NCBI GenBank assembly: GCA_973895155.1
Contig: OZ316895.1
Location: forward strand, 21,340,558-21,404,557
From: Marsupella aquatica
Lineage: Eukaryota; Plantae; Marchantiophyta
Direction: 5' to 3'
DNA: 64,000 bases
The notes below the pieces were generated by a model. The model had not been told where the DNA came from. It made no database searches and worked only from the letters and a program-made list of their open reading frames with translations. The translations under genes and the position numbers were made by a program. Of the stretch, positions 61,201-64,000 are shown one piece after another. How positions within the stretch are numbered: the stretch's first letter is position 1; the number at the start of each line of letters is the position of its first letter.

Positions 61201-64000
61201 GCTCTCCCTGCCAGCTTATCCTGTGACCGAAAACCGAGATATATGCATTGATTAATTGCATTCAAGTATGTGATGCAAAGAGTGTGGTACAGTTCATGGA
61301 CCTCTGCTTTTCCTCTGCACTGGGTGGACTGTAATCCTACTCGTATTTTGGCAATAAATATTTGCGAATCCATTTCAAAAAATAAAGGAGATGGAACAGC
61401 AAATTGGCAATCAGACGCAAAATTTCTCAAACAATTTATCCGACTGAGGTCATAATTGATGGGCCCAGAATCCCCGCTATGCTGCGTGCGCTGTAACCTA
61501 CTGGGGACTTTCGCAGCAAATGGTGCGAATCGAATTCAAAAGTAACGATAAAAGTTCAAGGTCAAAGTGAGTTCCCCCATAGTCTACATTCGGAGGAAGC
61601 CTTGCAATAATTGGTGTCCTCCGAAAATCCTTTAAAGAAAAAGGTTGTCAACCCCAAAGAATGATAGTCACCGAGGACAACAAAACTCAAATTGAGTAAA
61701 AAGTAGCGACTAGGCGGAGAACTTGGGCACAGGCTTTGCCGATCATTTTGCCTTGGAACAAATCACCATCAAATTAAGAACTTCTCTGTTTTGGTAGTCA
61801 AGTCATGTGTGGAAGTCAGGCTGATCTTTGGCTTCATTTGTATGGAGATGGCGATGTGTAGAGAGCATTGGATACGAGAGCTAAGGGCCTTGAACCTCGT
61901 AAGTTTAGAGATGGCAGAGCCCTTTGCTAGCTGGGCACAAGTCTCATTTTCAACATCGAGCCATCAAGTGTCTATAAAGATGGAGTTGGAATTGGAAGAA
62001 TTCTATGAGATATGGTATGAAATAGAGAGAAAGTGTATAAGTGATTGAGAGATTCAAGAGCAAAGACAAAGCCAAGGATTGTATTTGAGAGTAGCACAAA
62101 ATTGTGCGAGAGCCCCATGTTTCATCCAAAATTAAACCAGACATAACAGAGCTCTCCTCTAGCCAGTGAGCTATCTAGAAATTCTGATGGATTAATTGCG
62201 CATTAATTTTGCTCCCAAACGACAACGAGAAGCTGCTCACAAGAACGAGTCCTGTTTCGTTTAGGTTTTGCCCGCGAGTACTTGCTCGATCGATTGATTG
62301 AGGAACGCGAGCTCTGGCAGTCACGGCTCAGCTCCTACCTTGACGGAAACAGAGTCCATCAAGTAAACTATGAAGCTGTGCATTATCAATCAAAATAAAA
62401 TGTACTCAACGAGAAAAGAACTGAAGGTCAGCTACGGCAGCTTACAAGAAAGTGAAAACAGCTCCAGCAAACAAACGAGTTCCAATTCTGAAACCGAGTT
62501 GATGGAGAATCCGGTTGGGATGTTTATTTCCCACATAAGAACATGAATTCACACCCTGAAGAAGATTTAATTTCTCAAACTTTTGCGGCACATCCTAACA
62601 TTATTTCTGGTTTTCTGTTAACATTTGTATCTCACTTTCTCCGCTACCCCATGGTCCTAATCTGCTGACATATCCATATACGTTTCAGTTTGAGGTTGTT
62701 CGCGCAATTCATTGCAGCCCTGGATGGGGCCGCTGTCAAAAGAAGGACAGCGTCGTATCGTTTATCTGGAGTGGGGCCAGGGGGGGTGTTAAGAGGTGCT
62801 TTTCCCAAAAGATTTCAATTGGGACAAGTGAGTTGATTGAATGAATGTGTTCACCAATCAATACCTGAGAAAGACCGATCGATCCATAAGGAAGGCATGC
62901 CCGACTTAAGGAAACGCACATAGTGAAATGTGAGAATCTTTAAACTGCTGAATGGAGTCCTACACAGCTAGAGCTATCTGCTAGCTGTCAAATTAAGTCG
63001 TACAGTTCTGTGGTGAGAGGCCATGCGACAGCTTTCAAAGCCCGTTGTGCTGACTACTGCTTGCAGAATGGTGACAATACATAACCTACAAGATCTAGTT
63101 GCATCACCAGAGTCAAGGGCGAGAGCGGAGAGGAGTCTTCTTGAGTGCGCCACTTGGAGGGAAGGGAGGAATACAGGGAATGCATGATACCCAGAAGATG
63201 ATGGCCAGCATATGAAAGCTGACGCGATTGATTCACTTCCCTGCTTTCTGACCGCAAACCATGTTTAGCCTTGGTCAACGAACTCTTCTCCTCTTCTCCT
63301 CTTCAGTCGATTTTTAAGATAATCATGGAAAATCGAGTTGTTAGGTTGAGTCTGAAGGATGCATTGGTGGAGGAGTCAACAATATGTGTAGCGTACCTTG
63401 GATAGGAGTGATGTTGAAAGATATTAAACAATATTTTGTGTGGGACGAAAGAGACTCGCATTTTGTGACATTTCTGCGAGGCTTCCTTGAGCTCATCTGC
63501 GGATCAGTCAGTGAAATGGAAGACAGGACACTCAAAGCTCCACTTGAAAGGCCAGTGTTCCAGTCAAAATACGTAAAAAACGTGTTATTCCTCTGGAAAG
63601 TATTTGCGCGTTTCTGTAAAGATAGCTTGGGGAAGAGATGAATCGTAGGACTGTCAAAACCGAGTTGACAATCTCTCGGTCTAGAGAGAGTCTCCAGTGC
63701 CCTATCTTACATAGTCCGTCGCTTTGTGAGCTGACCAGCATCCACGATATGGTAGGATCGGGGTAGGATAGACTTTAGGAAAATGGTGACACGATCCTAT
63801 TGCCTCGGCTAGTGCTGTACTTGTCGGAAAAGAGTCTGGAGAGGGGACACTCACAGTCCTGTTTATTGTATAATTTGATGGTTCACGGTCTAGTGTCTGT
63901 TTCGGCATGAGCAGCTCTAAAGTTGTTTTGTTGAAGAAAGTTCTCAGAAGATCTAGAAGCTCAGCTTTGGATACTCTTTTGGGTAGCGAAACAAGGCAGA

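Overview
This is eukaryotic land-plant nuclear DNA with GT-AG introns. The hAT transposase family and the UTR microsatellite style suggest a bryophyte or other seed-free plant, but that is inference. There are two host genes, both on the minus strand. The first is a multi-exon ABC transporter subfamily D gene (ABCD2/At1g54350-like, about 1-7.9 kb, 3' end running off the window). The second is a two-coding-exon class I LOB-domain transcription factor of the LBD15/LBD13 type (17406-18825). Upstream of the LBD gene is a >40 kb region with no recognisable host gene. It holds a full-length but stop-inactivated hAT transposon (52944-57739, 16-bp TIRs, 8-bp TSD), three MITE-like relatives of it (a fourth lies in an ABCD intron), a Mutator-like MITE next to its own empty site, a Copia-like solo LTR, a tRNA-derived SINE and many tandem duplications. 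The most interesting unexplained structure is a set of CpG-rich islands, three carrying dense GTAC (SBP/SPL-binding core) clusters. One cluster lies directly upstream of a ~370-nt fold-back, a candidate SPL/copper-regulated MIRNA or hairpin-RNA locus. I found no rRNA, intact tRNA or CRISPR array, and most of the supplied short ORFs are spurious.
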